Below, one piece after another: positions 19,668 through 29,166 of a stretch of 64,000 bases of DNA. The stretch spans positions 1,408,001 through 1,472,000 of the forward strand of contig CAWKDC010000001.1 in NCBI GenBank assembly GCA_963848305.1. The letters are read 5' to 3'. This DNA is from an uncultured Gammaproteobacteria bacterium (GTDB lineage: Bacteria > Pseudomonadota > Gammaproteobacteria > JABCZS01). Position 1 is the stretch's first letter. Every line of letters begins with the position of its first letter. The notes beneath the pieces are model-generated. The model saw only the letters and a program-made list of their open reading frames with translations, had not been told where the DNA came from and searched no databases. Position numbers and translations under genes: made by a program.

Positions 19668-20200
19668 TAACCATAATAAGTGAGCGCATTTTTTTGTGCG
19701 TCTGTTGTGTTTCGACGATGGGGCGCCTGAAGGTACCAGGCAACCAGGGCAATCAATTCGTCGGGCAATGCTTTCAGCAGGCAGAGGGTGTTGTTATCTG
19801 TTGGGGCTGCCCTGACTTCCCACAGCCATGCAGTGCTCTTCAACCCTGCCAATTGGGCTTTTGTATACACATCGTCTGGAGCAGGCGTGTTGAGATTGGG
19901 GTTGGGGACTATTGCATGAGAGATGGCGTAAGGCTGGAGCTGGAGGAATTGGTGGGCTAATTCATAATGCCCCGCAACCAAGGCTGCGGCAGCCAACCGA
20001 CCCGCCCGTTCAGGGCACTGCCTAAGAGAGAGAAGGGGAAGCCAGTGCTGAATCAAGTTTATGTTATTGTATTCTAAGGCTTCAAGGATGGCAGCATCCT
20101 GGCTGGCGGGCTTGCTGGACTTGAAGAGAGAGGAAGAAAAATCTAACTTATTGATTTTAAACAAAGCAGATGTCACAGTGTAAACGCTTAACAGTGGCAT
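19604..20200 (-). CDS. Hypothetical protein with degenerate ankyrin-like helices and an F-box-like motif
   Basis: AILEALEYNNINLIQHWL, AAALVAGHYELAHQFL, LLKALPDELIALVAWYL; AGGGG RBS-like sequence. Confidence 0.55.
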   Translation of the reverse strand: MPLLSVYTVTSALFKINKLDFSSSLFKSSKPASQDAAILEALEYNNINLIQHWLPLLSLRQCPERAGRLAAAALVAGHYELAHQFLQLQPYAISHAIVPNPNLNTPAPDDVYTKAQLAGLKSTAWLWEVRAAPTDNNTLCLLKALPDELIALVAWYLQAPHRRNTTDAQKNALTYYGYHRTATVTLSLPAKSINVDIA

Positions 20201-20314
20201 GGCTTAACCCCTTGAGCTTTATAGATATAGGTCATCATAGCAGATCAGGCATAGACAAGCAACATGAGCTATACTGCAAACATAGAATAAAGCAGTTTGC
20301 AGTGGAGATGTGTT

Positions 20315-21451
20315 GTGCCTAGCTTATTAGAAAGCAGAGATACATTCGTCAGGGGTTTAAATGTCATCCTTGATGATTATGTTCGTGGAGAGACGACAAG
20401 TACCCGAGGGACTACCTTGTTACGTCAATGGATGGGCGTGGGTCTTACCCATCAACAAGCAGCGATCGACTTAAAGCATCAGCTCAACCTTTATCTTGAA
20501 AGGATATTGAAAGGTGATGAGCCTTCATCGCTTTGGTTAACATTAATCAAAAACCTACGCGCATTCCATGAGAAATTGGTGGAGGCAAACAGTCAGGCAC
20601 TACTGACTGCACTGTTAAATTATATTGAATCAAGTGATTTCAAATCGATTCTCACAGATCCTATATTGATTGATAATAATATCATTGCAACTTTAAATGC
20701 ATTGCCATTCAGCATTACTCAGACTGTTGATGAGCATAAATATAAATGTGTTGACAATGGCCGATTGATACATGATATTCATCGCTATCAAGGCATCATG
20801 AGTATCACAGTTAATAAGGAAACACACGCATTCAATGAATGGATCAAAGTAGAAATTATCGATGAAGCAGAGAATGGACATTATAAGGTCATCGATGTTA
20901 TGCATGACCGATCCCAAGAAGGAGATGCGGACAGTGCCATGGCTGCAGTTGCACATCTATTTGGGCAACATTTTAGCGATCCTGTGACATTTGCGCATCT
21001 TGTTCCATATTTATCACAGAATGCTGTGTTGACAACATTGAGCCAAGATTTATTGTCATTGGTAAGACACACAGGATTGCAATTGTTGAATGTATCTGGC
21101 GTGAATTCCCTACAAGATATTACTAGCATGCAAGGGGTATTAGATAATGACGTTGCCATCATGCCCGGTTTTCAATTGTCCCAGCTTAAAACATTTTTTG
21201 ACATCGCTGATGACAATGGGCCTGTGATCACAGTGCGATATATTTATGATCAATATGTATTACTTGACTCAGAGAGCGGCACGGATCCTATTCCATTGCT
21301 CACCCCTGTTCAAGTGGAAGAGCGTTTCCGTTGCACATTGTCTGAAAATGGCGACAGTGCCACGATCAAACATGAATCTATTCGATTCAGCGCAGTACAA
21401 GACATGCCTGTGTCTGCGGAAAAATCGAGAAATGCGCCTGAGATTTTTTAA
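20315..21451 (+). CDS. Hypothetical protein (orphan, effector-like)
   Basis: ~380-aa ORF, GTG start after GGAG; no recognised motif. Confidence 0.65.
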   Translation: MPSLLESRDTFVRGLNVILDDYVRGETTSTRGTTLLRQWMGVGLTHQQAAIDLKHQLNLYLERILKGDEPSSLWLTLIKNLRAFHEKLVEANSQALLTALLNYIESSDFKSILTDPILIDNNIIATLNALPFSITQTVDEHKYKCVDNGRLIHDIHRYQGIMSITVNKETHAFNEWIKVEIIDEAENGHYKVIDVMHDRSQEGDADSAMAAVAHLFGQHFSDPVTFAHLVPYLSQNAVLTTLSQDLLSLVRHTGLQLLNVSGVNSLQDITSMQGVLDNDVAIMPGFQLSQLKTFFDIADDNGPVITVRYIYDQYVLLDSESGTDPIPLLTPVQVEERFRCTLSENGDSATIKHESIRFSAVQDMPVSAEKSRNAPEIF

Positions 21452-22680
21452 TACAAAAAACCAAATAGCCATAATGGGATTTTAGTTTTATACCCTTGTT
21501 CAATATCATCAATGGCCAAATATGCGTTTTGAATATGTTTGATTTGATTAAAATCTTTGTTCTTTCCACCAACCTCAAAAGTATATTGCTTATCAATAAG
21601 AAAATCGCCTACCGTAGGCAAATGGATATCATGTTGAGATTTGAGCATGGACATGAAAAACACTTCTCGCAGCGTGCCTTTATCGACCTGATGGTCAGCG
21701 CTTAATGCAAAGAGCTGGCAAGTATTGTTCGGGTAGATTTTATCTGATTTTTTGAGACCGCTCATTTTCTTATCGCTTTTGTGCAGACAGATAATGATGC
21801 CAGCTTCCTCGATGATCTTCATGTATTGTTTGAGCGTTCTTTCGTCTGAAATCTCTAAAATATATTTCAATTCTTTTAAGTCAGCAGTGAAGGGAACATG
21901 TGTGCTTAAAAATCCCAAGAGCCTTTTCATTTTATCAACACTCGCACCAGAGAGCGTGGGATGAATCGCGGGTAAATCACTTTCCAGAACGGTATGTAAA
22001 TTTTGCTCCACTGTCATGTAAAAAACGTTTTTGTCATTGAATTCTTTAGAATAAGGAAAATAACCGTATTTTAAATACTCGGAAAATAGCGTTAAAGTAT
22101 TCAATGATCTAGCGTTAATTGTTTTAACAATGTGTTTGCAATATGTTTCATGATCTAACAGCATTTTTTCAAATGCGACGGCCTCAAAATCAAACCCGTG
22201 GCAAAGCGATAAATATTCACGGAATGACATGCCATTCATGTCATACACGATCGCGCGACGCGATAGATCGTAAGCGCCGCGGTGAATGGCCAGCGCTGAG
22301 CTTCCTGATGCGAATACGTGCAATGCGGGGAAAGTGTCATAAATACTTTTGAGCTCTTGTGACCAGTTCGCATATTTGTGAATTTCATCAAACCCGATAT
22401 ATTCGCCGCCTTGCATCACAAACGATTCCGCAATGGCGTATAGCGAATAATTTTTGACTAAAAAATGGTCGACTGGCACATATAAGATTTTGTTTTTGGG
22501 CAACCCTGGTTTTTTTAATAATTGAACGACGACAGTCGATTTCCCTACACCCCGTTGCCCACGAATGACTGTGATGCGATGTTCAAAACTATGCGTTCTA
22601 ATAAAATAGCGAATAAAAGGCCTGTAGAGGACTTCGAGCATTTGTTCGCTCAGCGGAAAGAGAATATCTAGCATGGTCAT
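21448..22680 (-). CDS. AAA_14-family ATPase with C-terminal DUF4143-like/nuclease-like region
   Basis: GQRGVGKS, FDEIHKY, ASGSS, YGYFPY, KIYPNNT, GDFLID...FEVGGKNK. Confidence 0.88.
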   Translation of the reverse strand: MTMLDILFPLSEQMLEVLYRPFIRYFIRTHSFEHRITVIRGQRGVGKSTVVVQLLKKPGLPKNKILYVPVDHFLVKNYSLYAIAESFVMQGGEYIGFDEIHKYANWSQELKSIYDTFPALHVFASGSSALAIHRGAYDLSRRAIVYDMNGMSFREYLSLCHGFDFEAVAFEKMLLDHETYCKHIVKTINARSLNTLTLFSEYLKYGYFPYSKEFNDKNVFYMTVEQNLHTVLESDLPAIHPTLSGASVDKMKRLLGFLSTHVPFTADLKELKYILEISDERTLKQYMKIIEEAGIIICLHKSDKKMSGLKKSDKIYPNNTCQLFALSADHQVDKGTLREVFFMSMLKSQHDIHLPTVGDFLIDKQYTFEVGGKNKDFNQIKHIQNAYLAIDDIEQGYKTKIPLWLFGFLY

Positions 22681-22687
22681 ACCTTAC

Positions 22688-22742
22688 AAATAGGAATGTA
22701 ACCCTATTATAACTCAAAAAAATAGGATTGCAATCCTATTTT
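22688..22742 (-). promoter_or_regulatory. Two palindromic operator-like sites (32-bp period) over promoter TTGCAA-N16-TATAAT
   Basis: AAATAGGAATGTAACCCTATT (22688) and AAATAGGATTGCAATCCTATT (22720; perfect 24-bp palindrome 22719-22742). Confidence 0.75.
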
Positions 22743-22755
22743 CAGAAAAATAACC

Positions 22756-22836
22756 TTGATTTTTGACCATAGATTGGCATAAATAGGGTTGATTTTCGAC
22801 CATGAAAAGCCTATAATTGCATTGAAAAACAACCAT
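22756..22836 (+). promoter_or_regulatory. Three operator-like direct repeats (33-bp period) over promoter TTGATT-N17-TATAAT
   Basis: TTGATTTTTGACCAT (22756), TTGATTTTCGACCAT (22789), TTGAAAAACAACCAT (22822); TATAAT at 22812. Confidence 0.75.
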
Positions 22837-22851
22837 GGGAAAAGCATTGAC

Positions 22852-24208
22852 ATGGAAAGACTGATAGATTCATTTCTAAATCAATGGGTTATTGATAATG
22901 CTCGAAAGCCGCTTTTATTACGTGGTGCGCGCCAGGTGGGAAAAACATTTGCGGTGCGTCAGCTTGGAAAGACCTTTTCAAAGTATGTTGAAATCAATTG
23001 TGAGGAACGCCAAAGAGACTGCCAATTATTATTTGAGCAGGATTTGGATCCATCTAATATATTACGCGGGTTATCTTTATTAGCGGGCGAAACTATCGTT
23101 CCTGGTGAAACATTGTTATTTTTAGATGAAATTCAGAGTGTCCCGCGCGCCATCATTGCATTGCGATATTTCTATGAAAAAATGCCCGAGCTGCATGTCA
23201 TTGCGGCGGGATCATTGCTTGAGTTTGCGTTGGAGCAGGTCGGTGTGCCTGTTGGTCGCATTGATTCATTCTACATGTATCCCATGACATGGCTCGAGTT
23301 TTTGTGGGCAAAAAAAGAAAGATTGTTATTTGATGAAATTTGTCAGCATGATTTGCACACCCCAATGCCAGATGTAATTCATGATAAATTATTACGGTTG
23401 TTGGGTGAATATTTTGCGATAGGCGGTATGCCAGAAGTGGTGAGCCATTGGGTTGAATCCAATGATCCTTATCTATGTTTTAAGACACAGCAGGCATTGG
23501 TTGATAATTATCGACAAGATTTTGAAAAATATGCAAAGAAGCATCAAGTGAAATATGTCGAAGTATTATTCAATCAGATACCGAGACAATTGGGCAAAAA
23601 ATTCAATTTCTCTGCTGTACCAGGAGAATATCGCAAACGTGAATTGCTTCCTTGTTTTGATTTGTTGGTCAAAGCCAGTGTCATACATCCTGTGTATCAT
23701 ACCAGTGCACAAGGCTTGCCGCTCGGTGCAGATGTGGATTTGGATAAATTCAAAGCACTTTTTTTAGACATTGGGATGGCGCAAGCATTATTAGGCTTGG
23801 ATTTGAAAGAGTGGATTTTGAATCCTACTGAAGCTTTTGTGAATCAGGGTGAAATTGTTGAAGCCTTCATTGGACAAGAAATTCTTGCGTATTCACATGC
23901 ATTCCAGAAAAAAATGATTTACTATTGGCATCAGGAAACTAGAGAGGGCCAATGCTGAAATTGATTATGTCATTCAAATCCGAAATGACATTATTCCAAT
24001 TGAAGCAAAAAGTGGAAAGACGGGAAGACTGAGGAGTCTTAGGGAATATTTGAATAGCCATTCAGAGACGCCTTATGCGATACGTTTTTCAGCCCTGAAT
24101 TATTCAGAGTTTCAAGGGCTGCGAAGCTACCCCTTGTATGCAGTGGCGAAAGCCATAGGAATGGATTGGGTACAATTTTTACGCTCATCGGCTAAATCTT
24201 TGTTATAA
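22852..24208 (+). CDS. AAA_14/DUF4143 ATPase-nuclease, frameshift near 23945
   Basis: [31 protein letters not shown]; shifted frame continues [10 protein letters not shown]...IPIEAKSG to TAA at 24206-24208. Confidence 0.88.
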
Positions 24209-24215
24209 TGCCCCC
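24201..24215 (+). promoter_or_regulatory. Extended -10 promoter for nuoA (TGTTATAATGCCCCC)
   Basis: TGnTATAAT plus GC-rich discriminator, ~35 nt upstream of nuoA. Confidence 0.6.
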
Positions 24216-24248
24216 GATTCTCTTAATCACGCGTATCACGGGGTTATA

Positions 24249-24605
24249 ATGCTAGAAAACTATCTTCCTGTCATCGTCTTTATCGCCATCGCCATGGTGG
24301 TAGGGGTGGCGCCTGTCCTATTGGGCATGTTATTGGCACCGTCGCGTCCGGGCGTGGAAAAGGATTCTCCTTATGAATGCGGTTTCGAGCCGTTTGAAGA
24401 TGCGCGCATGCAGTTTGATGTGCGGTACTATTTAATCGCCATTTTATTCATCGTTTTTGATCTTGAAATTGCCTTTCTATTCCCTTGGGCTGTGGTATTC
24501 AAGACGCTCGGGCTTCCCGCTGTGCTCGCCATGGGGCTTTTTTTGGGGTTGCTGACATTGGGCTTTATTTATGAGTGGAAGAAGGGGGCCTTAGAATGGG
24601 AATAG
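24249..24605 (+). CDS. nuoA: NADH-quinone oxidoreductase subunit A
   Basis: [35 protein letters not shown]. Confidence 0.97.
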   Translation: MLENYLPVIVFIAIAMVVGVAPVLLGMLLAPSRPGVEKDSPYECGFEPFEDARMQFDVRYYLIAILFIVFDLEIAFLFPWAVVFKTLGLPAVLAMGLFLGLLTLGFIYEWKKGALEWE

Positions 24606-25072
24606 AAGGTATTTTGAAGAAGGGTTTTGTTACCACTTCTGCTGATGCGTTGATCAATTGGGCGCGTACCGGCTCCATGTGGCCGATGACCTTCGGCCTG
24701 GCCTGTTGCGCGGTTGAAATGATGCATGCAGGTGCTTCACGCTACGATCTGGATCGCTTTGGCGTGGTCTTCCGCCCCAGCCCCCGTCAATCCGACGTGA
24801 TGATTGTGGCAGGCACCCTGTGTAACAAGATGGCTCCCGCTTTACGCAAGGTTTATGACCAAATGGCTGAGCCCCGTTGGGTGATTTCCATGGGCTCCTG
24901 CGCCAATGGCGGCGGGTATTATCACTATTCCTATGCTGTCGTTCGCGGGTGTGATCGCATCGTCCCTGTCGATATTTACGTCCCCGGCTGTCCACCAACT
25001 GCTGAAGCCTTGATCTGGGGCATTATACAGCTTCAAAACAAGATCAAACGCACAGATACGATTGCGCGATGA
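24596..25072 (+). CDS. nuoB: NADH-quinone oxidoreductase subunit B
   Basis: [32 protein letters not shown]. Confidence 0.98.
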   Translation: MGIEGILKKGFVTTSADALINWARTGSMWPMTFGLACCAVEMMHAGASRYDLDRFGVVFRPSPRQSDVMIVAGTLCNKMAPALRKVYDQMAEPRWVISMGSCANGGGYYHYSYAVVRGCDRIVPVDIYVPGCPPTAEALIWGIIQLQNKIKRTDTIAR

Positions 25073-25085
25073 GTGTCGCCCTCAT

Positions 25086-25113
25086 GTAGGGGCGCAGCAT
25101 GCTGAACCCCTAC
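25086..25113. repeat. GTAG-type REP element
   Basis: GTAGGGGCGCAGCATGCTGAACCCCTAC; near-identical to 32996-33023. Confidence 0.85.
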
Positions 25114-25193
25114 ACCAAATTATGCAACAAAGTCCAACAATGAAATATGTTCCATAAAATCATTAAAAATCAATCGACAAGTCATCAGCTTTG

Positions 25194-25241
25194 ATTTAAC
25201 CTTACTTATCCAAAGTTAACTTTTTTTAAGTAAGGTTAAAT
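25194..25241. repeat. 48-bp AT-rich near-perfect palindrome
   Basis: ATTTAACCTTACTTA-tcc-AAAGTTAACTTT-ttt-TAAGTAAGGTTAAAT. Confidence 0.85.
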
Positions 25242-25312
25242 GAAGTCATTCAATTAAATCAAGAGCTTATAGACGAAATCCAGGCGCTCAATCCTTGGTT
25301 AGCAGGCAGCGA

Positions 25313-25338
25313 GCCCCGGCTTTCGCCGGAGTAAACTC
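25313..25338. repeat. CCCCGGCTTTCGCCGG hairpin repeat
   Basis: gccccggctttcgccggagtaaactc; sister copy at 51058-51083. Confidence 0.7.
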
Positions 25339-25409
25339 CCTGAAGCCCTAGACAATGGATCTGAAACAATCCTTTGGAAGCAGCCCACCCTACCATCCTA
25401 CTGTCTTTC

Positions 25410-25424
25410 TGTTATAATGCCCCC
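25410..25424 (+). promoter_or_regulatory. Internal extended -10 promoter for nuoC, identical 15-mer to the nuoA promoter
   Basis: TGTTATAATGCCCCC exact match to 24201-24215. Confidence 0.6.
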
Positions 25425-25446
25425 AGCGAAATGGCTGGAGAACCTC

Positions 25447-26106
25447 ATGAAGATTGAAGCCCTGACTGAACAGGTGGCCCAAACCTTGGGCGATGCGCTG
25501 TTGCGCAGCACGACTCATGTCGGTGAATTAACCATAGAAGTCTCCGCCGCGCGTTGCCATGATGTGTGCAAGACTTTGCGCGATGCGCCAGAGCTTGCGT
25601 TTGACCAGCTCATCGACGTTTGCGCAGTCGACTATCTCACATACGGGCAAGATGAATGGAAGACCGATGCAGCGACCGACACTGGCTTCAGCCGCGGTGT
25701 ATCCATCATGAAGCGCGATGCCGGCCCCCGTTTTGCCGTGGTGTACCATTTATTGTCCCTCACCCACAATCACCGTATTCGCGTGAAATCATTTGTGAAT
25801 GACGACGACCTGTCGATGGACAGTGTGAATGATATCTGGCCATCCGCCAATTGGTTCGAGCGTGAAGCATTTGATTTATTTGGCGTGATCTTCAAAGGAC
25901 ACCCAGATTTGCGCCGCATTCTGACCGATTACGGTTTCATAGGCCACCCATTCCGTAAAGATTTTCCACAATCAGGTTATGTCGAAGTGCGCTATGATGC
26001 CACTCAACAGCGTGTCGTCTATGAGCCCGTGAGCATAGAACCTCGGGTACTCGTGCCCAAAGTGATTCGTGATGACCATCGTTACCTATTAGAAGAGGGC
26101 GAATAA
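25447..26106 (+). CDS. nuoC: NADH-quinone oxidoreductase subunit C
   Basis: [45 protein letters not shown]. Confidence 0.97.
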   Translation: MKIEALTEQVAQTLGDALLRSTTHVGELTIEVSAARCHDVCKTLRDAPELAFDQLIDVCAVDYLTYGQDEWKTDAATDTGFSRGVSIMKRDAGPRFAVVYHLLSLTHNHRIRVKSFVNDDDLSMDSVNDIWPSANWFEREAFDLFGVIFKGHPDLRRILTDYGFIGHPFRKDFPQSGYVEVRYDATQQRVVYEPVSIEPRVLVPKVIRDDHRYLLEEGE

Positions 26107-27356
26107 TGGCAGATATTAAAAATTACACCCTCAACTTTGGCCCACAGCATCCTGCGGCGCACGGTGTATTACGTTTGATTCTTGAATTAGACGGCGAAAC
26201 GGTCGTGAGCGCTGATCCACATGTGGGTTTATTGCACCGTGCCACGGAAAAATTGGCTGAAAGTAAACCTTATAATCAAAGCATTGGTTACATGGACCGC
26301 CTCGATTATGTCTCGATGTTGTGCAATGAACATGGTTATGTCTTGGCCATGGAAAAATTATTGGGTATCACGGCACCCATTCGCGCACAATATATTCGTG
26401 TCATGTTTGATGAAATCACCCGTATTCTCAACCATTTATTGTGGATTGGCGCACACGCACTCGACGTTGGTGCAATGACCATGTTTTTATATGCATTCCG
26501 TGAACGTGAAGATTTAATGGATTGTTATGAAGCCGTCTCGGGCGCGCGCTTGCATGCGACGTATTATCGTCCCGGCGGCGTTTACCGTGACTTGCCCGAG
26601 CGCATGGCGCAATATAATCCCGCGCAATTTAAAGCGAAAGATTCAAAATGGCGCAATGCCAATCGTCAAGGGCCCTTGCTCGATTTTATTCAAGATTTTA
26701 CGGAGCGTTTTCCCAAATGCGTTGACGAATACGAAACGTTGTTAACGGATAACCGGATTTGGAAACAACGCACGGTCAATATTGGTATTGTCTCTCCTGA
26801 GAGAGCGATCGCGTTAGGATTCACCGGCCCCATGTTGCGTGGTTCGGGCGTTGCTTGGGATTTGCGTAAAAAACAACCTTACGCCGCCTACGACAAAGTG
26901 GATTTTGATATTCCTGTCGGCAAAACAGGCGACAGCTATGATCGTTATTTGGTGCGTATGGAAGAAATGCGCCAATCCAATCGTATCATTCGTCAATGCG
27001 TTGATTGGCTGCGCGTGAATCCCGGCCCAGTCACGGCGGATGACACAAAAGTAGTGCCGCCCAAACGTGAAAAAATGAAAAACGACATGGAAGCCATGAT
27101 TCACCACTTTAAATTATTCACCGAAGGTTTTTGTATTCCTGCAGGCGAAGCGTATGCCGCTGTTGAACATCCCAAAGGTGAATTCGGGGTATATTTAGTG
27201 TCAGATGGCGCCAACAAACCCTATCGTCTCAAAGTGCGCGCAGCGGGTTTTCCCCATTTGGCTGCACTGGATGAAATGGTGAAAGGACACATGTTATCCG
27301 ACGTGGTCACGATTATTGGTACACAAGACATCGTATTTGGGGAGATAGATCGCTGA
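26106..27356 (+). CDS. nuoD: NADH-quinone oxidoreductase subunit D
   Basis: [31 protein letters not shown]. Confidence 0.98.
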   Translation: MADIKNYTLNFGPQHPAAHGVLRLILELDGETVVSADPHVGLLHRATEKLAESKPYNQSIGYMDRLDYVSMLCNEHGYVLAMEKLLGITAPIRAQYIRVMFDEITRILNHLLWIGAHALDVGAMTMFLYAFREREDLMDCYEAVSGARLHATYYRPGGVYRDLPERMAQYNPAQFKAKDSKWRNANRQGPLLDFIQDFTERFPKCVDEYETLLTDNRIWKQRTVNIGIVSPERAIALGFTGPMLRGSGVAWDLRKKQPYAAYDKVDFDIPVGKTGDSYDRYLVRMEEMRQSNRIIRQCVDWLRVNPGPVTADDTKVVPPKREKMKNDMEAMIHHFKLFTEGFCIPAGEAYAAVEHPKGEFGVYLVSDGANKPYRLKVRAAGFPHLAALDEMVKGHMLSDVVTIIGTQDIVFGEIDR

Positions 27357-27853
27357 TGAATGATGTATATGAATTAAGCGACGTGCTCAGAGCTGCGATT
27401 GATGTGTGGGTAGCGAAGTTCCCACCCGAGCAAAAGCGTTCGGCGGTGATTCCTGCACTCACATTGGTGCAAAAGCGAGAAGGATATTTAAGCAACCCAA
27501 TGATGGATGCTGTTGGCGATTATTTAGGGATGCCGCATATTGCCGTCTATGAAGTCGCTACGTTTTACTCCATGTTCGATTTGGCTCCGCGCGGTAAACA
27601 TAAAATCTGTGTGTGCACGAATATTGCATGCATGTTGCGTGGATCTGAACAAGTGGTTCAGCATCTCAAGAAAAAATTAGACGTTGATTTCAAAGAAACC
27701 ACTCAAGACAAACAATTTTCACTGCATCACGTCGAATGTTTGGGCGCTTGCGGCGGCGCGCCAGCGATGCAAATCGATGAAACCTATTATGAAAATGTGA
27801 CACCTGAAAAGATTGATGCGATTTTAACAAAAATTCGGGAGGAATCATGCTGA
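27356..27853 (+). CDS. nuoE: NADH-quinone oxidoreductase subunit E
   Basis: [29 protein letters not shown]. Confidence 0.97.
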   Translation: MNDVYELSDVLRAAIDVWVAKFPPEQKRSAVIPALTLVQKREGYLSNPMMDAVGDYLGMPHIAVYEVATFYSMFDLAPRGKHKICVCTNIACMLRGSEQVVQHLKKKLDVDFKETTQDKQFSLHHVECLGACGGAPAMQIDETYYENVTPEKIDAILTKIREESC

Positions 27854-29109
27854 TTAACCAGGTTTGTTTCCGAACAATCGATAAAAAAGATCCAGCCTCG
27901 TTGGCAACCTATGAATCTGTCGGGGGATATTCTGTGTGGCGGCGCATTCTCAAAGAAAAACCCGCTGCAGATGTGTTGATCGAAGAGATTAAAAAATCCG
28001 GTTTGCGCGGTCGGGGTGGTGCAGGTTTTCCCACAGGTTTGAAATGGAGCTTCATGCCACGTCAGCGCGCCGGCCAAAAATATGTGGTGTGCAATTCAGA
28101 CGAAGGCGAACCCGGTACATTCAAAGATCGTGATATTCTGCGTTACAATCCCCATCAATTGATTGAAGGCATGGCGATTGCCAGTTACATTCTAAATGCA
28201 ACGGTTGGATACAATTATATTCGCGGTGAATACATTGAGCCTTTCAATGCCTGTGAAAAAGCATTGGCAGAAGCACGTGCTGCTGGCTTGATCGGTAACA
28301 ACATTTTAGGCAGCGGTGTTGATTTTGAATTGCACAATATGATTGGCGCCGGCGCTTATATTTGCGGTGAAGAAACCGCATTATTGGAATCGCTCGAAGG
28401 TAAAAAAGGGTTGCCTCGTTTTAAGCCGCCATTCCCTGCAAATTTTGGTTTGTATGGTTGTCCGACGATCATTAATAACACCGAAAGTTATGCCTCTGTG
28501 CCCGTGATTTTAGAAAAAGGGCCTGAATGGTTTGCATCGATGGGTACCGAGAAAAGTGGCGGTACCAAAATTTTTTCCGTGTCGGGTCATGTAAATCGTC
28601 CTGGCAATTATGAAGTACCCATGGGAACACCATTCAAAACTTTATTAGAAATGGCGGGCGGCATGTTGAATGGACGCTCACTGAAAGCGGTGATCCCTGG
28701 CGGTTCATCTGTCCCGGTTTTGCCCGCGCACATCATGATGGATGTCAACATGGATTATGAATCATTGTCGAAAGCCGGCAGCATGTTGGGCGCAGGGTCA
28801 GTCATTGTGATGGACGATACCACTGACATGGTCAAAGTATTGTCCCGTATTTCTGAATTCTATTTTGAAGAATCTTGTGGTCAATGTACTCCTTGTCGTG
28901 AAGGCACGGGGTGGTTATCACGCATGTTGCACCGTGTGTTGCATGGCGAAGGCACCATGGAAGATTTGGATAAATTGGAAGCGGTAGCCAATAAAATGAT
29001 GGGACGCACGATTTGCGCATTGGCTGATGCCGCTGCCATGCCGGTGTTGAGTTTTATCAAACATTTTAGATCAGAGTTTGATGCGCTTGTTAAAACGCAA
29101 GCGTTGTAA
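27847..29109 (+). CDS. nuoF: NADH-quinone oxidoreductase subunit F
   Basis: [39 protein letters not shown]. Confidence 0.98.
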   Translation: MLINQVCFRTIDKKDPASLATYESVGGYSVWRRILKEKPAADVLIEEIKKSGLRGRGGAGFPTGLKWSFMPRQRAGQKYVVCNSDEGEPGTFKDRDILRYNPHQLIEGMAIASYILNATVGYNYIRGEYIEPFNACEKALAEARAAGLIGNNILGSGVDFELHNMIGAGAYICGEETALLESLEGKKGLPRFKPPFPANFGLYGCPTIINNTESYASVPVILEKGPEWFASMGTEKSGGTKIFSVSGHVNRPGNYEVPMGTPFKTLLEMAGGMLNGRSLKAVIPGGSSVPVLPAHIMMDVNMDYESLSKAGSMLGAGSVIVMDDTTDMVKVLSRISEFYFEESCGQCTPCREGTGWLSRMLHRVLHGEGTMEDLDKLEAVANKMMGRTICALADAAAMPVLSFIKHFRSEFDALVKTQAL

Positions 29110-29117
29110 GAGATTGT

Positions 29118-29160
29118 TCCTCCCCATGAAAAGGGAGGTGGCTCCGTTGGGCGGAGGGAT
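29118..29160. repeat. Degenerate CCTCCCC...GGGAGG hairpin between nuoF and nuoG
   Basis: tcctccccatgaaaagggaggtggctccgttgggcggaggga. Confidence 0.45.
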
Positions 29161-29166
29161 TGATAG

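Noticed and set aside
22756-22836. Mini-CRISPR or iteron origin
   Set aside because: Only 2-3 15-bp units with 18-bp gaps, overlapping a promoter; no cas or rep gene. Better explained as operators.
18635-24208. Autonomous integrative element or prophage
   Set aside because: No integrase, transposase, relaxase or phage structural cluster anywhere in the window.
25194-25241. dif/Xer site (arms resemble the XerD box TTATGTTAAAT)
   Set aside because: The 11-bp arms are 26 bp apart rather than 6-8 bp, and there is no XerC-type arm.
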